A stretch of DNA of 64,000 bases from Escherichia coli (GCF_044324785.1 NZ_CP172127.1), one strand, 5' to 3'; positions 1 to 11,463 are shown, numbered from the stretch's first letter. Notes: generated from the sequence alone by a model not told the origin. Translations and numbers: made by a program.

Positions 1-821
1 TGAATCAGCATGGATTTTCCCCTTCCCGCTCTGCGCGCGCTATGCGTGGGCAAAGCGATAAAGTGGTCGCCATCATTGTTACCCGTCTGGATTCGTTGTC
101 AGAAAATCTCGCCGTTCAAACCATGCTGCCAGCGTTCTATGAACAAGGTTACGATCCAATCATGATGGAAAGTCAGTTTTCCCCACAATTAGTTGCCGAA
201 CATTTGGGGGTGCTGAAACGGCGTAATATCGACGGCGTAGTGCTGTTCGGTTTTACCGGCATAACAGAAGAAATGTTAGCCCACTGGCAGTCATCGCTGG
301 TTCTGCTGGCGCGTGACGCAAAAGGCTTTGCTTCGGTCTGTTATGACGACGAAGGGGCAATCAAGATCCTGATGCAACGGCTGTATGACCAGGGGCATCG
401 TAATATCAGTTATCTCGGCGTGCCGCATAGTGACGTGACGACCGGTAAGCGACGTCACGAAGCCTACCTGGCGTTCTGCAAAGCGCATAAACTGCATCCC
501 GTTGCCGCTCTGCCAGGCCTTGCTATGAAGCAAGGCTATGAGAACGTAGCAAAAGTGATTACGCCTGAAACTACCGCGTTACTGTGCGCAACCGACACGC
601 TGGCACTTGGTGCAAGTAAATACCTGCAAGAGCAACGCATCGACACCTTGCAACTGGCGAGCGTCGGTAATACACCGTTAATGAAATTCCTCCATCCGGA
701 GATCGTCACCGTAGATCCCGGTTACGCCGAAGCTGGACGCCAGGCGGCCTGCCAGTTGATCGCGCAGGTAACCGGGCGCAGCGAACCGCAACAAATCATC
801 ATCCCCGCCACCCTGTCCTGA
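1..821 (+). CDS. treR: Trehalose operon repressor TreR (LacI/GalR family), 5' end truncated by window edge
   Basis: Frame is open from window start; translation ...NQHGFSPSRSARAMRGQSDKVVAIIVTRLDS... matches the ligand-binding domain of TreR as remembered; followed by treBC. Confidence 0.9.
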   Translation, partial: NQHGFSPSRSARAMRGQSDKVVAIIVTRLDSLSENLAVQTMLPAFYEQGYDPIMMESQFSPQLVAEHLGVLKRRNIDGVVLFGFTGITEEMLAHWQSSLVLLARDAKGFASVCYDDEGAIKILMQRLYDQGHRNISYLGVPHSDVTTGKRRHEAYLAFCKAHKLHPVAALPGLAMKQGYENVAKVITPETTALLCATDTLALGASKYLQEQRIDTLQLASVGNTPLMKFLHPEIVTVDPGYAEAGRQAACQLIAQVTGRSEPQQIIIPATLS

Positions 822-860
822 TCGTTTCCTGAACGATAAATTGTGATCTTCGCTGCGTTT

Positions 861-874
861 CGGGAACGTTCCCG
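861..874. promoter_or_regulatory. Perfect 14-bp palindrome CGGGAACGTTCCCG upstream of treB; candidate TreR operator
   Basis: Palindrome read directly in treR-treB spacer; a second inverted repeat ATCGTT-N5-AACGAT lies at about 821-837. Confidence 0.5.
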
Positions 875-939
875 TTTTTAAATTTTTCCGCGCAATATAT
901 TCTGCAGCCAACCAAAAATGTCATCTGCCATGGGGCTTT

Positions 940-2361
940 ATGATGAGCAAAATAAACCAAACGGATATCGATCGGTTGATTGAACTGGTCGGCGGGCGCG
1001 GCAATATTGCGACGGTGAGCCACTGTATTACTCGTCTGCGCTTTGTCCTCAACCAACCGGCCAATGCCAGACCGAAAGAAATTGAGCAACTCCCCATGGT
1101 GAAAGGCTGTTTCACCAATGCCGGGCAATTTCAGGTGGTGATTGGCACCAACGTGGGTGATTACTATCAAGCACTGATAGCGTCAACCGGACAGGCGCAG
1201 GTTGATAAAGAGCAGGTAAAAAAAGCCGCCCGGCAGAATATGAAATGGCATGAGCAGTTGATCTCTCATTTCGCGGAGATCTTCTTCCCGTTGCTGCCCG
1301 CGTTGATTAGTGGTGGTTTGATCCTCGGTTTTCGCAATGTGATCGGCGATTTGCCCATGAGCAACGGTCAGACGCTGGCGCAAATGTACCCTTCCCTGCA
1401 AACGATCTACGATTTTCTGTGGTTGATCGGTGAAGCGATCTTCTTCTACCTGCCGGTCGGGATTTGCTGGTCAGCGGTGAAAAAAATGGGCGGCACGCCG
1501 ATCCTTGGTATCGTGCTTGGCGTAACGCTGGTTTCTCCACAGCTGATGAACGCTTATCTGCTCGGGCAGCAGCTGCCGGAAGTGTGGGACTTTGGCATGT
1601 TCAGCATCGCCAAAGTGGGCTATCAGGCGCAGGTGATCCCGGCACTGTTAGCCGGGCTGGCGCTGGGCGTTATTGAAACTCGCCTTAAACGCATCGTGCC
1701 GGATTACCTCTATCTGGTGGTGGTGCCCGTCTGTTCGCTGATCCTCGCGGTGTTCCTCGCCCATGCGCTGATTGGTCCGTTTGGTCGCATGATTGGCGAT
1801 GGCGTTGCCTTTGCGGTACGTCACCTGATGACCGGCAGCTTTGCTCCGATTGGCGCGGCATTGTTTGGCTTCCTGTACGCCCCGCTGGTGATCACGGGCG
1901 TACACCAGACCACGCTTGCTATTGATTTGCAGATGATTCAAAGCATGGGTGGCACGCCAGTGTGGCCGCTGATTGCGCTGTCGAATATCGCTCAGGGTTC
2001 CGCCGTGATAGGCATTATCATTTCCAGCCGCAAGCACAATGAACGCGAGATCTCCGTGCCTGCTGCAATCTCCGCCTGGCTTGGGGTCACTGAGCCTGCA
2101 ATGTACGGCATCAACCTGAAATATCGCTTCCCGATGCTGTGCGCGATGATTGGTTCTGGTCTGGCAGGATTGCTTTGCGGCCTGAACGGCGTTATGGCGA
2201 ATGGCATCGGCGTAGGCGGCCTGCCGGGAATTCTCTCGATTCAACCGAGCTACTGGCAGGTGTTTGCGCTGGCAATGGCTATCGCCATCATCATCCCGAT
2301 TGTACTCACCTCGTTTATCTATCAGCGGAAATACCGTCTGGGCACGCTGGACATTGTTTAA
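940..2361 (+). CDS. treB: PTS trehalose-specific EIIBC component
   Basis: 473 aa, N-term MMSKINQTDIDRLIELVGGRGNIATVSHCITRLRF (EIIB Cys motif) then polytopic membrane domain; ATG at 940. Confidence 0.9.
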   Translation: MMSKINQTDIDRLIELVGGRGNIATVSHCITRLRFVLNQPANARPKEIEQLPMVKGCFTNAGQFQVVIGTNVGDYYQALIASTGQAQVDKEQVKKAARQNMKWHEQLISHFAEIFFPLLPALISGGLILGFRNVIGDLPMSNGQTLAQMYPSLQTIYDFLWLIGEAIFFYLPVGICWSAVKKMGGTPILGIVLGVTLVSPQLMNAYLLGQQLPEVWDFGMFSIAKVGYQAQVIPALLAGLALGVIETRLKRIVPDYLYLVVVPVCSLILAVFLAHALIGPFGRMIGDGVAFAVRHLMTGSFAPIGAALFGFLYAPLVITGVHQTTLAIDLQMIQSMGGTPVWPLIALSNIAQGSAVIGIIISSRKHNEREISVPAAISAWLGVTEPAMYGINLKYRFPMLCAMIGSGLAGLLCGLNGVMANGIGVGGLPGILSIQPSYWQVFALAMAIAIIIPIVLTSFIYQRKYRLGTLDIV

Positions 2362-2410
2362 TTTTCTTCGGGGCGCAATTGCGCCCCCTCGCATTTGCAG
2401 GAATAACGTA

Positions 2411-4066
2411 ATGACTAATCTTCCCCACTGGTGGCAAAACGGCGTTATCTACCAGATTTATCCAAAGAGTTTTCAGGACACCACGGGTAGCGGCACCGGC
2501 GATTTACGTGGCGTTATCCAGCGCCTGGACTATCTGCATAAACTGGGCGTTGATGCCATCTGGCTAACCCCCTTTTATGTCTCTCCCCAGGTCGATAACG
2601 GTTACGACGTAGCGAACTATACGGCGATTGATCCCACCTACGGCACACTGGACGATTTTGACGAACTGGTGACACAGGCAAAATCTCGCGGGATTCGTAT
2701 CATTCTCGATATGGTGTTTAACCATACCTCTACCCAACATGCCTGGTTTCGTGAGGCGCTGAACAAAGCAAGCCCTTACCGCCAGTTTTATATCTGGCGC
2801 GATGGAGAACCAGAAACACCACCGAACAACTGGCGTTCAAAATTTGGCGGTAGCGCGTGGCGCTGGCATGCGGAAAGCGAACAGTACTATTTGCATCTCT
2901 TTGCACCAGAACAGGCGGATCTCAACTGGGAGAATCCAGCGGTACGCGCAGAGCTGAAAAAAGTCTGTGAGTTCTGGGCCGATCGTGGGGTCGACGGGTT
3001 GCGCCTGGATGTGGTGAATCTGATCTCCAAAGACCCGCGTTTCCCTGATGACCTGGATGGCGACGGGCGTCGCTTCTACACCGACGGGCCACGAGCACAC
3101 GAGTTTTTGCACGAGATGAACCGCGATGTGTTTACGCCGCGCGGGTTAATGACCGTAGGTGAAATGTCCTCCACCAGCCTTGAGCATTGCCAGCGATATG
3201 CGGCACTGACAGGCAGTGAATTGTCGATGACCTTTAATTTTCATCACCTGAAAGTCGATTATCCCGGTGGTGAAAAATGGACGCTGGCTAAACCTGACTT
3301 TGTGGCGTTGAAAACATTGTTCCGCCACTGGCAACAAGGAATGCACAACGTGGCATGGAATGCCTTGTTCTGGTGTAACCACGATCAGCCGCGCATTGTT
3401 TCTCGCTTTGGTGATGAAGGTGAATACCGCGTGCCTGCGGCAAAAATGCTGGCGATGGTGCTGCATGGCATGCAGGGAACGCCATATATCTACCAGGGCG
3501 AAGAGATTGGCATGACTAACCCACATTTCACGCGCATTACTGACTATCGCGACGTGGAGAGCCTCAATATGTTTGCCGAGCTGCGCAACGATGGGCGTGA
3601 TGCCGACGAGTTATTGGCAATCCTCGCCAGTAAATCCCGTGACAACAGTCGCACACCCATGCAATGGAGCAACGGCGATAATGCCGGGTTTACGGCTGGC
3701 GAACCGTGGATTGGCCTGGGCGATAACTATCAACAAATCAACGTAGAAGCAGCGCTGGCCGATGAGTCCTCGGTGTTTTACACCTACCAAAAGTTAATCG
3801 CACTGCGTAAGCAAGAAGCCGTCCTGACATGGGGCGATTACCAGGATCTGCTGCCAAACAGCCCTGTATTGTGGTGCTATCGCCGTGAGTGGAAGGGGCA
3901 AACCTTGCTGGTCATTGCCAACCTTAGCCGTGAGACCCAACCCTGGCAGCCAGGGAAAATGCTCGGCAACTGGCAGCTTGTGATGCATAACTACGAAGAA
4001 GCCTCACCACAACCCTGTGCCATGACTTTACGGCCTTTTGAGGCTGTCTGGTGGTTACAGAAGTAA
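2411..4066 (+). CDS. treC: Trehalose-6-phosphate hydrolase (GH13 alpha-glucosidase)
   Basis: 551 aa from internal ATG (MTNLPHWWQNGVIYQIYPKSF...), GH13 motifs (DGLRLDVV, FNHT); longer ORF-track start at 2264 overlaps treB and is rejected. Confidence 0.9.
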   Translation: MTNLPHWWQNGVIYQIYPKSFQDTTGSGTGDLRGVIQRLDYLHKLGVDAIWLTPFYVSPQVDNGYDVANYTAIDPTYGTLDDFDELVTQAKSRGIRIILDMVFNHTSTQHAWFREALNKASPYRQFYIWRDGEPETPPNNWRSKFGGSAWRWHAESEQYYLHLFAPEQADLNWENPAVRAELKKVCEFWADRGVDGLRLDVVNLISKDPRFPDDLDGDGRRFYTDGPRAHEFLHEMNRDVFTPRGLMTVGEMSSTSLEHCQRYAALTGSELSMTFNFHHLKVDYPGGEKWTLAKPDFVALKTLFRHWQQGMHNVAWNALFWCNHDQPRIVSRFGDEGEYRVPAAKMLAMVLHGMQGTPYIYQGEEIGMTNPHFTRITDYRDVESLNMFAELRNDGRDADELLAILASKSRDNSRTPMQWSNGDNAGFTAGEPWIGLGDNYQQINVEAALADESSVFYTYQKLIALRKQEAVLTWGDYQDLLPNSPVLWCYRREWKGQTLLVIANLSRETQPWQPGKMLGNWQLVMHNYEEASPQPCAMTLRPFEAVWWLQK

Positions 4067-4078
4067 ATCTTCCCTAAG

Positions 4079-4108
4079 CCCCGGTAATGCCGATCATTCC
4101 GGGGTTTT
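4079..4108 (+). terminator. Rho-independent terminator after treC
   Basis: CCCCGG...CCGGGG stem followed by TTTT immediately after treC stop. Confidence 0.5.
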
Positions 4109-4239
4109 GTCTGTCAGTATGTTGTTTTTGTTGATTTTTCAACCAGCAAATTCATTAAAAAATTTACATAACGCTGTAGCGCCCGTCATCCGTACGCTCT
4201 GCTTTTTACTTTGAGCTACATCAAAAAAAGTTAAAACAT

Positions 4240-4330
4240 CCTTGATGCAAAGCACTATATATAGACTTTAAAATGCGTCCCAACCCAATATGTTGTATTA
4301 ATCGACTATAATTGCTACTACAGCTCCCCA
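4240..4330 (+). promoter_or_regulatory. nrdDG promoter region with two AT-rich near-palindromes (candidate NrdR boxes)
   Basis: cactatatatagac and ccaatatgttgtatt about 30 bp apart upstream of nrdD; assignment by resemblance to NrdR box consensus from memory. Confidence 0.3.
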
Positions 4331-4459
4331 CGAAAAAGGTGCGGCGTTGTGGATAAGCGGATGGCGATTGCGGAAAGCACCGGAAAACGAAACAAAAAAA
4401 CCGGAAAACGCCTTTCCCAATTTCTGTGGATAACCTGTTCTTAAAAATATGGAGCGATC

Positions 4460-6598
4460 ATGACACCGCATGTGATGAAACGAGACGGCTGCAAAGTGCC
4501 GTTTAAATCAGAGCGCATCAAAGAAGCGATTCTGCGTGCAGCTAAAGCAGCGGAAGTCGATGATGCCGATTATTGCGCCACTGTTGCTGCGGTTGTCAGC
4601 GAGCAGATGCAGGGCCGCAACCAGGTGGATATCAATGAGATCCAGACCGCAGTTGAAAACCAGCTGATGTCGGGTCCATACAAACAACTGGCTCGTGCTT
4701 ACATCGAGTACCGTCACGATCGCGACATTGAACGTGAAAAACGCGGTCGCCTGAACCAGGAAATCCGTGGTCTGGTCGAGCAGACCAACTCCTCGTTGCT
4801 CAACGAAAACGCCAACAAAGACAGCAAGGTGATTCCAACCCAGCGCGACCTGCTGGCCGGGATCGTGGCTAAACACTATGCACGCCAGCACCTGCTGCCG
4901 CGTGACGTGGTGCAGGCACATGAGCGTGGCGATATTCACTATCACGATCTCGATTACTCACCGTTCTTCCCGATGTTCAATTGCATGTTGATCGACCTGA
5001 AAGGCATGCTGACCCAGGGCTTTAAGATGGGGAACGCCGAGATTGAACCGCCGAAGTCGATCTCTACGGCAACCGCTGTAACTGCGCAGATTATTGCTCA
5101 GGTCGCCAGCCATATTTATGGCGGCACCACCATTAACCGTATCGATGAAGTGCTGGCACCGTTTGTCACCGCCAGCTACAACAAACATCGCAAGACCGCA
5201 GAAGAGTGGAACATCCCGGACGCCGAAGGCTACGCTAACTCTCGAACCATCAAAGAGTGCTACGATGCCTTCCAGTCGCTGGAGTACGAAGTAAACACCC
5301 TGCACACCGCCAACGGTCAAACACCGTTTGTGACCTTTGGTTTTGGTCTGGGCACCAGCTGGGAGTCGCGCCTGATTCAGGAATCTATCCTGCGTAACCG
5401 TATCGCAGGCCTCGGTAAAAACCGTAAAACTGCGGTGTTCCCGAAACTGGTGTTTGCGATTCGCGATGGCCTAAACCATAAAAAAGGCGATCCGAACTAC
5501 GACATCAAACAGCTGGCGCTGGAGTGCGCAAGCAAGCGCATGTATCCGGATATCCTGAACTACGATCAGGTAGTGAAAGTCACCGGTTCGTTTAAAACCC
5601 CGATGGGCTGCCGCAGCTTCCTCGGCGTGTGGGAAAATGAAAACGGCGAGCAGATCCACGATGGTCGTAACAACCTCGGCGTGATCAGCCTGAACCTGCC
5701 GCGTATTGCTCTGGAGGCAAAAGGCGATGAAGCCACCTTCTGGAAGCTGCTGGATGAACGTCTGGTGCTGGCACGTAAGGCGCTGATGACCCGTATCGCC
5801 CGTCTGGAAGGCGTGAAGGCACGCGTAGCTCCTATCCTCTATATGGAAGGTGCTTGTGGCGTGCGTCTGAATGCTGACGATGATGTTTCTGAAATCTTCA
5901 AAAACGGTCGTGCGTCTATTTCGCTGGGCTACATCGGCATCCACGAAACCATTAACGCGCTGTTCGGCGGCGAGCATGTTTACGACAACGAGCAGCTTCG
6001 CGCGAAAGGTATCGCGATTGTTGAACGTCTGCGTCAGGCGGTGGATCAGTGGAAAGAAGAAACGGGTTATGGTTTCAGTCTCTACAGCACGCCAAGTGAA
6101 AACCTGTGCGACCGCTTCTGCCGTCTCGATACCGCTGAGTTTGGCGTGGTGCCGGGCGTGACCGATAAAGGTTACTACACCAACAGTTTCCACCTTGATG
6201 TGGAGAAAAAGGTGAACCCGTATGACAAGATCGACTTTGAAGCGCCTTACCCGCCGCTGGCGAACGGTGGTTTCATTTGCTACGGCGAGTATCCAAACAT
6301 TCAGCACAACCTGAAGGCGCTGGAAGATGTCTGGGATTACAGCTATCAGCATGTACCGTATTACGGCACCAATACGCCGATCGATGAGTGCTACGAGTGT
6401 GGCTTTACTGGCGAGTTCGAGTGCACCAGCAAAGGCTTCACTTGCCCGAAATGTGGTAACCATGACGCCTCCCGTGTGTCGGTGACTCGCCGCGTGTGCG
6501 GATATTTAGGTAGCCCGGATGCACGTCCGTTTAACGCCGGTAAGCAGGAAGAAGTTAAGCGCCGCGTTAAACATTTGGGAAATGGGCAGATCGGTTAA
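4460..6598 (+). CDS. nrdD: Anaerobic ribonucleoside-triphosphate reductase (class III RNR)
   Basis: 712 aa; ATP-cone N-terminus, C-terminal Zn-ribbon CxxC...CxxC and glycyl-radical region (RVCGYLG). Confidence 0.92.
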   Translation: MTPHVMKRDGCKVPFKSERIKEAILRAAKAAEVDDADYCATVAAVVSEQMQGRNQVDINEIQTAVENQLMSGPYKQLARAYIEYRHDRDIEREKRGRLNQEIRGLVEQTNSSLLNENANKDSKVIPTQRDLLAGIVAKHYARQHLLPRDVVQAHERGDIHYHDLDYSPFFPMFNCMLIDLKGMLTQGFKMGNAEIEPPKSISTATAVTAQIIAQVASHIYGGTTINRIDEVLAPFVTASYNKHRKTAEEWNIPDAEGYANSRTIKECYDAFQSLEYEVNTLHTANGQTPFVTFGFGLGTSWESRLIQESILRNRIAGLGKNRKTAVFPKLVFAIRDGLNHKKGDPNYDIKQLALECASKRMYPDILNYDQVVKVTGSFKTPMGCRSFLGVWENENGEQIHDGRNNLGVISLNLPRIALEAKGDEATFWKLLDERLVLARKALMTRIARLEGVKARVAPILYMEGACGVRLNADDDVSEIFKNGRASISLGYIGIHETINALFGGEHVYDNEQLRAKGIAIVERLRQAVDQWKEETGYGFSLYSTPSENLCDRFCRLDTAEFGVVPGVTDKGYYTNSFHLDVEKKVNPYDKIDFEAPYPPLANGGFICYGEYPNIQHNLKALEDVWDYSYQHVPYYGTNTPIDECYECGFTGEFECTSKGFTCPKCGNHDASRVSVTRRVCGYLGSPDARPFNAGKQEEVKRRVKHLGNGQIG

Positions 6599-6619
6599 TC
6601 TTCACTCTGCGTTAAGCAA

Positions 6620-6746
<127 letters not shown>

Positions 6747-6755
6747 GGCGAAATA

Positions 6756-7220
6756 ATGAATTATCATCAGTACTATCCTGTCGACATCGTCAACGGCCCC
6801 GGCACTCGCTGTACCCTGTTTGTCTCCGGGTGTGTTCATGAATGCCCCGGTTGCTATAACAAAAGCACATGGCGGGTAAATTCTGGTCAGCCATTTACCA
6901 AAGCAATGGAAGACCAGATCATTAACGATCTGAATGACACTCGTATCAAACGCCAGGGGATTTCCCTCTCCGGCGGCGATCCGCTGCATCCGCAAAACGT
7001 GCCGGATATTCTGAAACTGGTACAACGCATCCGCGCCGAGTGTCCGGGTAAAGACATCTGGGTGTGGACAGGCTACAAGCTGGACGAGCTCAACGCCGCA
7101 CAAATGGAAGTGGTCGATCTCATCAACGTGCTGGTCGACGGTAAGTTTGTGCAGGATTTAAAAGACCCTTCCCTGATCTGGCGCGGCAGCAGCAATCAGG
7201 TGGTGCATCATTTGCGATGA
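6756..7220 (+). CDS. nrdG: Anaerobic RNR activating enzyme (radical SAM)
   Basis: 154 aa from internal ATG (MNYHQYYPVDIVNGPGTRCTLFVSGCVHECPGCYNK); Cys cluster typical of glycyl-radical activases. Confidence 0.88.
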   Translation: MNYHQYYPVDIVNGPGTRCTLFVSGCVHECPGCYNKSTWRVNSGQPFTKAMEDQIINDLNDTRIKRQGISLSGGDPLHPQNVPDILKLVQRIRAECPGKDIWVWTGYKLDELNAAQMEVVDLINVLVDGKFVQDLKDPSLIWRGSSNQVVHHLR

Positions 7221-7264
7221 TAAGTTCCCTGTTACCTGAGTGCAGGCAACAGGGAAATAAGGAA

Positions 7265-7654
<390 letters not shown>

Positions 7655-7834
7655 TCACTTCCTTTTTTATTTACACTTCATCCTTCACACTGCCTCATCG
7701 ACGGCTACGCTCATTCGACCGGGTCACCTACTACGAGTACGCTCCCCGGCCCTCATTCACTTTCCGTCTCGATGCAGTGCGAATGATTTTGTGTAATTTT
7801 TTAGTTTATAGCGCGGCAGGTCGCGCCAGTTTTT

Positions 7835-9187
7835 TTACTGCCCGGCGATTTTCATCTCCGGCAACAGCACAGAACCACACTGTATATTACTGCGTGTTTC
7901 AATATCGTTACCGACGGTGACAATATTGCGCCACATATCTTTCAAATTACCTGCGATGGTGATTTCACTAACAGGATACTGAATTTCGCCATTCTCTACC
8001 CAGAAGCCCGCTGCACCACGGGAATAATCACCGGTAATGGCACTCACGCCCTGGCCCATTAGCTCCGTCACCACCAGCCCGGTGCCCATCTCTTTGAGCA
8101 TTTGTTCGAAGCTTAGCCCTTGTCCGGCAATCCGCCAGTTATGAATACCGCCCGCGTGCCCAGTGCTTTTCAGCCCCAGTTTCCGCGCCGAGTAGCTGGT
8201 CAGCAGCCACTGAGTCAGAATGCCATCTTTAATAATATCGCGACGCTCGGTGCGCACACCTTCGCTGTCGAATGGTGTAGATGCCAGCCCTTTCAGCAGA
8301 TGCGGATGTTCTTCAATAGTCAGCCAGTCCGGCAGAATTTGTTTACCGAGCGAGTCGAGCAAGAAGGTCGATTTACGGTAGACCGCACCACCCGCTATCG
8401 CCCCCACCAAATGACCAAACAACCCTGTTGCCACTTCATTGGCAAAAATCACCGGCGCTTTCATGGTAGAAAGTTTACGCGGTGACAGGCGCGATAAAGT
8501 GCGGCGAGCACAGTCGGCCCCGACCCACTCTGGCGTTTGCAGATCGCTCATCGCACGACCAATGGTGTAGGCGTAATCACGCTCCATATCGCCATTTTCT
8601 TCGGCAATTACACAGCTGGAGAGCGAATGACGCGTTGAGCAGTAACCCTGCAACATGCCGTGGCTGTTGCCAAAAACTTTGACACCGTAGTGGCTGTTAA
8701 AGCTGCCACCTTCGGTATTGGTGATGCGTTTATCCGCCTGCAATGCTGCCTGTTCTGCGCGGGCCGCCAGTTCAATGGCTTCATCCGGGGAAACTTCCGC
8801 AGGGTGGAACAAGTCGAGATCCGGTGCGTCAAAGGCCAGCAGCTCTTTGTCTGCCACGCCGGCACAGGGATCTGGCGAGGTATAACGGGCAATATCCAGC
8901 GCCGCCTGTACGGTGCGGGCAATGGCCTGCGGGCTTAAATCGGTAGACGATGCGCTACCTTTGCGGTTCTGGTGATAAACAGTGATCCCCAGCGCGCCAT
9001 CGCTATTAAATTCAACATTCTCCACTTCACCATAGCGCGTGCTTACGCTAATGCCGGTGGTCTTGCTGACGGCAACTTCCGCACCGTCCGATTTGCCTGA
9101 GGCCAACTCCAGCGCAGTGGAAACTGCTTCTTCCAGAATCTTGCGCTGCGCTTCAACTTGAGAGATTACTTTCATTGCAAGTGCCAT
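7835..9187 (-). CDS. pmbA: Metalloprotease PmbA/TldE
   Basis: 450 aa, PmbA/TldD fold; conserved position next to cybC. Confidence 0.9.
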   Translation of the reverse strand: MALAMKVISQVEAQRKILEEAVSTALELASGKSDGAEVAVSKTTGISVSTRYGEVENVEFNSDGALGITVYHQNRKGSASSTDLSPQAIARTVQAALDIARYTSPDPCAGVADKELLAFDAPDLDLFHPAEVSPDEAIELAARAEQAALQADKRITNTEGGSFNSHYGVKVFGNSHGMLQGYCSTRHSLSSCVIAEENGDMERDYAYTIGRAMSDLQTPEWVGADCARRTLSRLSPRKLSTMKAPVIFANEVATGLFGHLVGAIAGGAVYRKSTFLLDSLGKQILPDWLTIEEHPHLLKGLASTPFDSEGVRTERRDIIKDGILTQWLLTSYSARKLGLKSTGHAGGIHNWRIAGQGLSFEQMLKEMGTGLVVTELMGQGVSAITGDYSRGAAGFWVENGEIQYPVSEITIAGNLKDMWRNIVTVGNDIETRSNIQCGSVLLPEMKIAGQ

Positions 9188-9280
9188 AATGTAGAGAGTT
9201 TCTCTGAAGTCTAACAGAGAACCGTTTTTCAGTGCGCATCTTAACTGGTAACATTAGCCTCTTTTTTTAAGGAGCCTGAG

Positions 9281-9832
9281 ATGACTAAGCAGCCCGAAGA
9301 CTGGCTCGACGACGTTCCCGGTGATGACATCGAAGACGAAGACGATGAAATTATCTGGGTCAGTAAAAGTGAAATTAAACGCGATGCCGAGGAGCTAAAA
9401 CGCCTTGGCGCGGAAATTGTTGATCTGGGGAAAAACGCGCTGGATAAGATCCCGTTAGATGCGGATCTGCGCGCGGCTATTGAGCTTGCCCAGCGTATTA
9501 AGATGGAAGGTCGCCGCCGCCAGTTGCAGCTCATCGGCAAGATGCTGCGCCAGCGCGACGTAGAACCTATTCGTCAGGCGCTGGATAAGCTGAAAAACCG
9601 CCACAATCAGCAGGTGGTGCTGTTCCATAAACTGGAAAACCTGCGCGATCGTCTGATCGACCAGGGTGATGATGCCATCGCTGAAGTATTGAATCTGTGG
9701 CCCGATGCCGATCGTCAGCAACTGCGTACTCTGATCCGTAACGCGAAGAAAGAGAAAGAAGGGAATAAGCCACCGAAATCCGCACGCCAGATTTTCCAGT
9801 ATCTGCGCGAGTTAGCAGAGAACGAAGGGTAA
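9281..9832 (+). CDS. yjgA: Ribosome-associated DUF615 protein YjgA
   Basis: 183 aa, acidic N-terminus, strong RBS GGAG 7 nt upstream. Confidence 0.85.
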
Positions 9833-9857
9833 TTTTCGTTGTTGATGTGAGTATGGT

Positions 9858-9890
9858 TTGCCGGATACGGTGTAAACGCCTTATCCGGCA
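9858..9890. repeat. REP element between yjgA and mpl
   Basis: GCCGGATACGGTGTAAACGCCTTATCCGGC palindromic unit. Confidence 0.5.
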
Positions 9891-9914
9891 ATGCTATATC
9901 AGGCTGAGGCCGAA

Positions 9915-11288
9915 TTACTGCGCGGCTTCCGCTTTCTTCGCCAGACCATCCAGCAGTTTCTGATGGATGCCACCAAAACCGCCGTTGCTCATCACCAGAA
10001 TATGGTCGCCAGGCTGAGCGGTTTTCACCACCATATCTGCCAGCGTATCCACATCGCCACTCCAGTGTGCAGGCTGAACGCAGGCTTCTGCCACTTCTGC
10101 CACCTGCCACGGAATATGCGCCGGTTGCAGCAGGAAGACTTCATCGGCACGACCTAATGAAGGTGCCAGATCGTCTTTGCAGATCCCCATTTTCATGGTA
10201 TTCGAGCGCGGTTCCAGCACGGCAATAATGCGCGCCGTACCGCCAACTTTGCCACGCAGCGCCGCCAGCGTTGCCAGAATCGCAGTCGGGTGATGGGCGA
10301 AATCGTCATATACCGTCACGCCATTGGCTTCACCACGCAACTCCAGACGGCGACGAGCATTAATAAACGAACCCAGCGCGTTAGCGGCATCTGCCGGCGC
10401 TACGCCAACATGGCGGGCCGCCGCAATCGCCATCAGGCCATTATGCATATTATGTTCGCCTACCAGCGACCATTTCACTTCGCCCACTTTTTCGCCATCC
10501 AGCAAGACTTCCCATTCGGAAGCATCGGTGGTCAGCTTTTTCGCCTGCCAGTGACCCTGCTCGCCCACCAGCTCCTGCTCGCTCCAGCAGCCCATCGCCA
10601 TGGTCTGTTTCAGGTTGATGTCGTTTTCCGGCCAGATAATACGGCCCTGCCCCGGAACGATACGCACCAGATGGTGGAACTGTTTCTGGATCGCTTTCAG
10701 GTCGTCAAAGATATCGGCGTGATCGAACTCAAGGTTGTTGAGGATCAGCGTACGCGGGCAGTAATGGACAAATTTAGAGCGTTTGTCGAAAAAGGCGCAG
10801 TCGTACTCATCCGCTTCGATAACAAAGAAGTCGCTTTCGCCCAGACGCGCCGAAACCTCAAAGTTCCCCGGCACACCGCCGATCACAAATCCCGGTTTGT
10901 AACCGCACTGTTCCAGAATCCAGGTCGCCATTCCCGCGGTGGTAGTTTTGCCGTGTGTACCGGCAACGGCCAGCACCCAGCGGTCGCGCAGCACAAAATC
11001 GTGCAGCCACTGTGGACCTGACATATAAGGGATGTTTTTTTCCAGTACCGCTTCCACACACGGATTTCCACGGGTCATGGCGTTGCCAATAATCACCAGA
11101 TCCGGCTGCGGGTCGAGCTGGCTGGCATCGTAACCCTGAATCAGTTCAATGCCTTGCTTCTCAAGTAAGGTGCTCATCGGCGGATACACATTGGCGTCCG
11201 AACCCGTTACTTCATGGCCTAACTGGCGCGCCAGCATCGCCAGACCGCCCATAAACGTGCCACAAATTCCTAAAATATGAATGCGCAT
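9915..11288 (-). CDS. mpl: UDP-N-acetylmuramate:L-alanyl-gamma-D-glutamyl-meso-diaminopimelate ligase (murein peptide ligase)
   Basis: 457 aa Mur-ligase family (GTHGKTTT P-loop). Confidence 0.9.
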   Translation of the reverse strand: MRIHILGICGTFMGGLAMLARQLGHEVTGSDANVYPPMSTLLEKQGIELIQGYDASQLDPQPDLVIIGNAMTRGNPCVEAVLEKNIPYMSGPQWLHDFVLRDRWVLAVAGTHGKTTTAGMATWILEQCGYKPGFVIGGVPGNFEVSARLGESDFFVIEADEYDCAFFDKRSKFVHYCPRTLILNNLEFDHADIFDDLKAIQKQFHHLVRIVPGQGRIIWPENDINLKQTMAMGCWSEQELVGEQGHWQAKKLTTDASEWEVLLDGEKVGEVKWSLVGEHNMHNGLMAIAAARHVGVAPADAANALGSFINARRRLELRGEANGVTVYDDFAHHPTAILATLAALRGKVGGTARIIAVLEPRSNTMKMGICKDDLAPSLGRADEVFLLQPAHIPWQVAEVAEACVQPAHWSGDVDTLADMVVKTAQPGDHILVMSNGGFGGIHQKLLDGLAKKAEAAQ

Positions 11289-11463
11289 ACGTCACTATCC
11301 TTTTTTAATCTGGCGCTCATTTTACGCATATGTCGGGCAAGTGAGAAACGCATTTCAGGATAATCCGTAATTTGCTGGCGCGATTCACCTGAGCGCAACA
11401 TTGAGATTATTTGTTAAGATTGTTGCGGTCGCTTTACTCCATAAACATTGCAGGGAAAGTTTT

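Noticed and set aside
1648-2394. 248-aa minus-strand ORF
   Set aside because: Antisense to treB; Arg/His-rich low-complexity translation typical of spurious frames
2264-2410. Upstream extension of treC suggested by ORF track (and similar extensions for nrdG, fbp, msrA, fklB, ulaD, ulaF, bsmA, yjfY, yjfL)
   Set aside because: Extensions overlap upstream genes or lack an RBS; internal ATG starts reproduce the protein N-termini and lengths I remember for these families
4131-4142. TTGA-TTTT-TCAA palindrome as an FNR site for nrdD
   Set aside because: FNR consensus is TTGAT-N4-ATCAA (6 nt between TTGA and TCAA); this has only 4, so spacing is wrong. The real FNR sites are probably elsewhere in 4150-4440 and I could not place them confidently
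5471-6463. 330-aa ORF on minus strand
   Set aside because: Lies wholly antisense within nrdD, which has a strong family match; no RBS or motif; typical GC-rich antisense open frame
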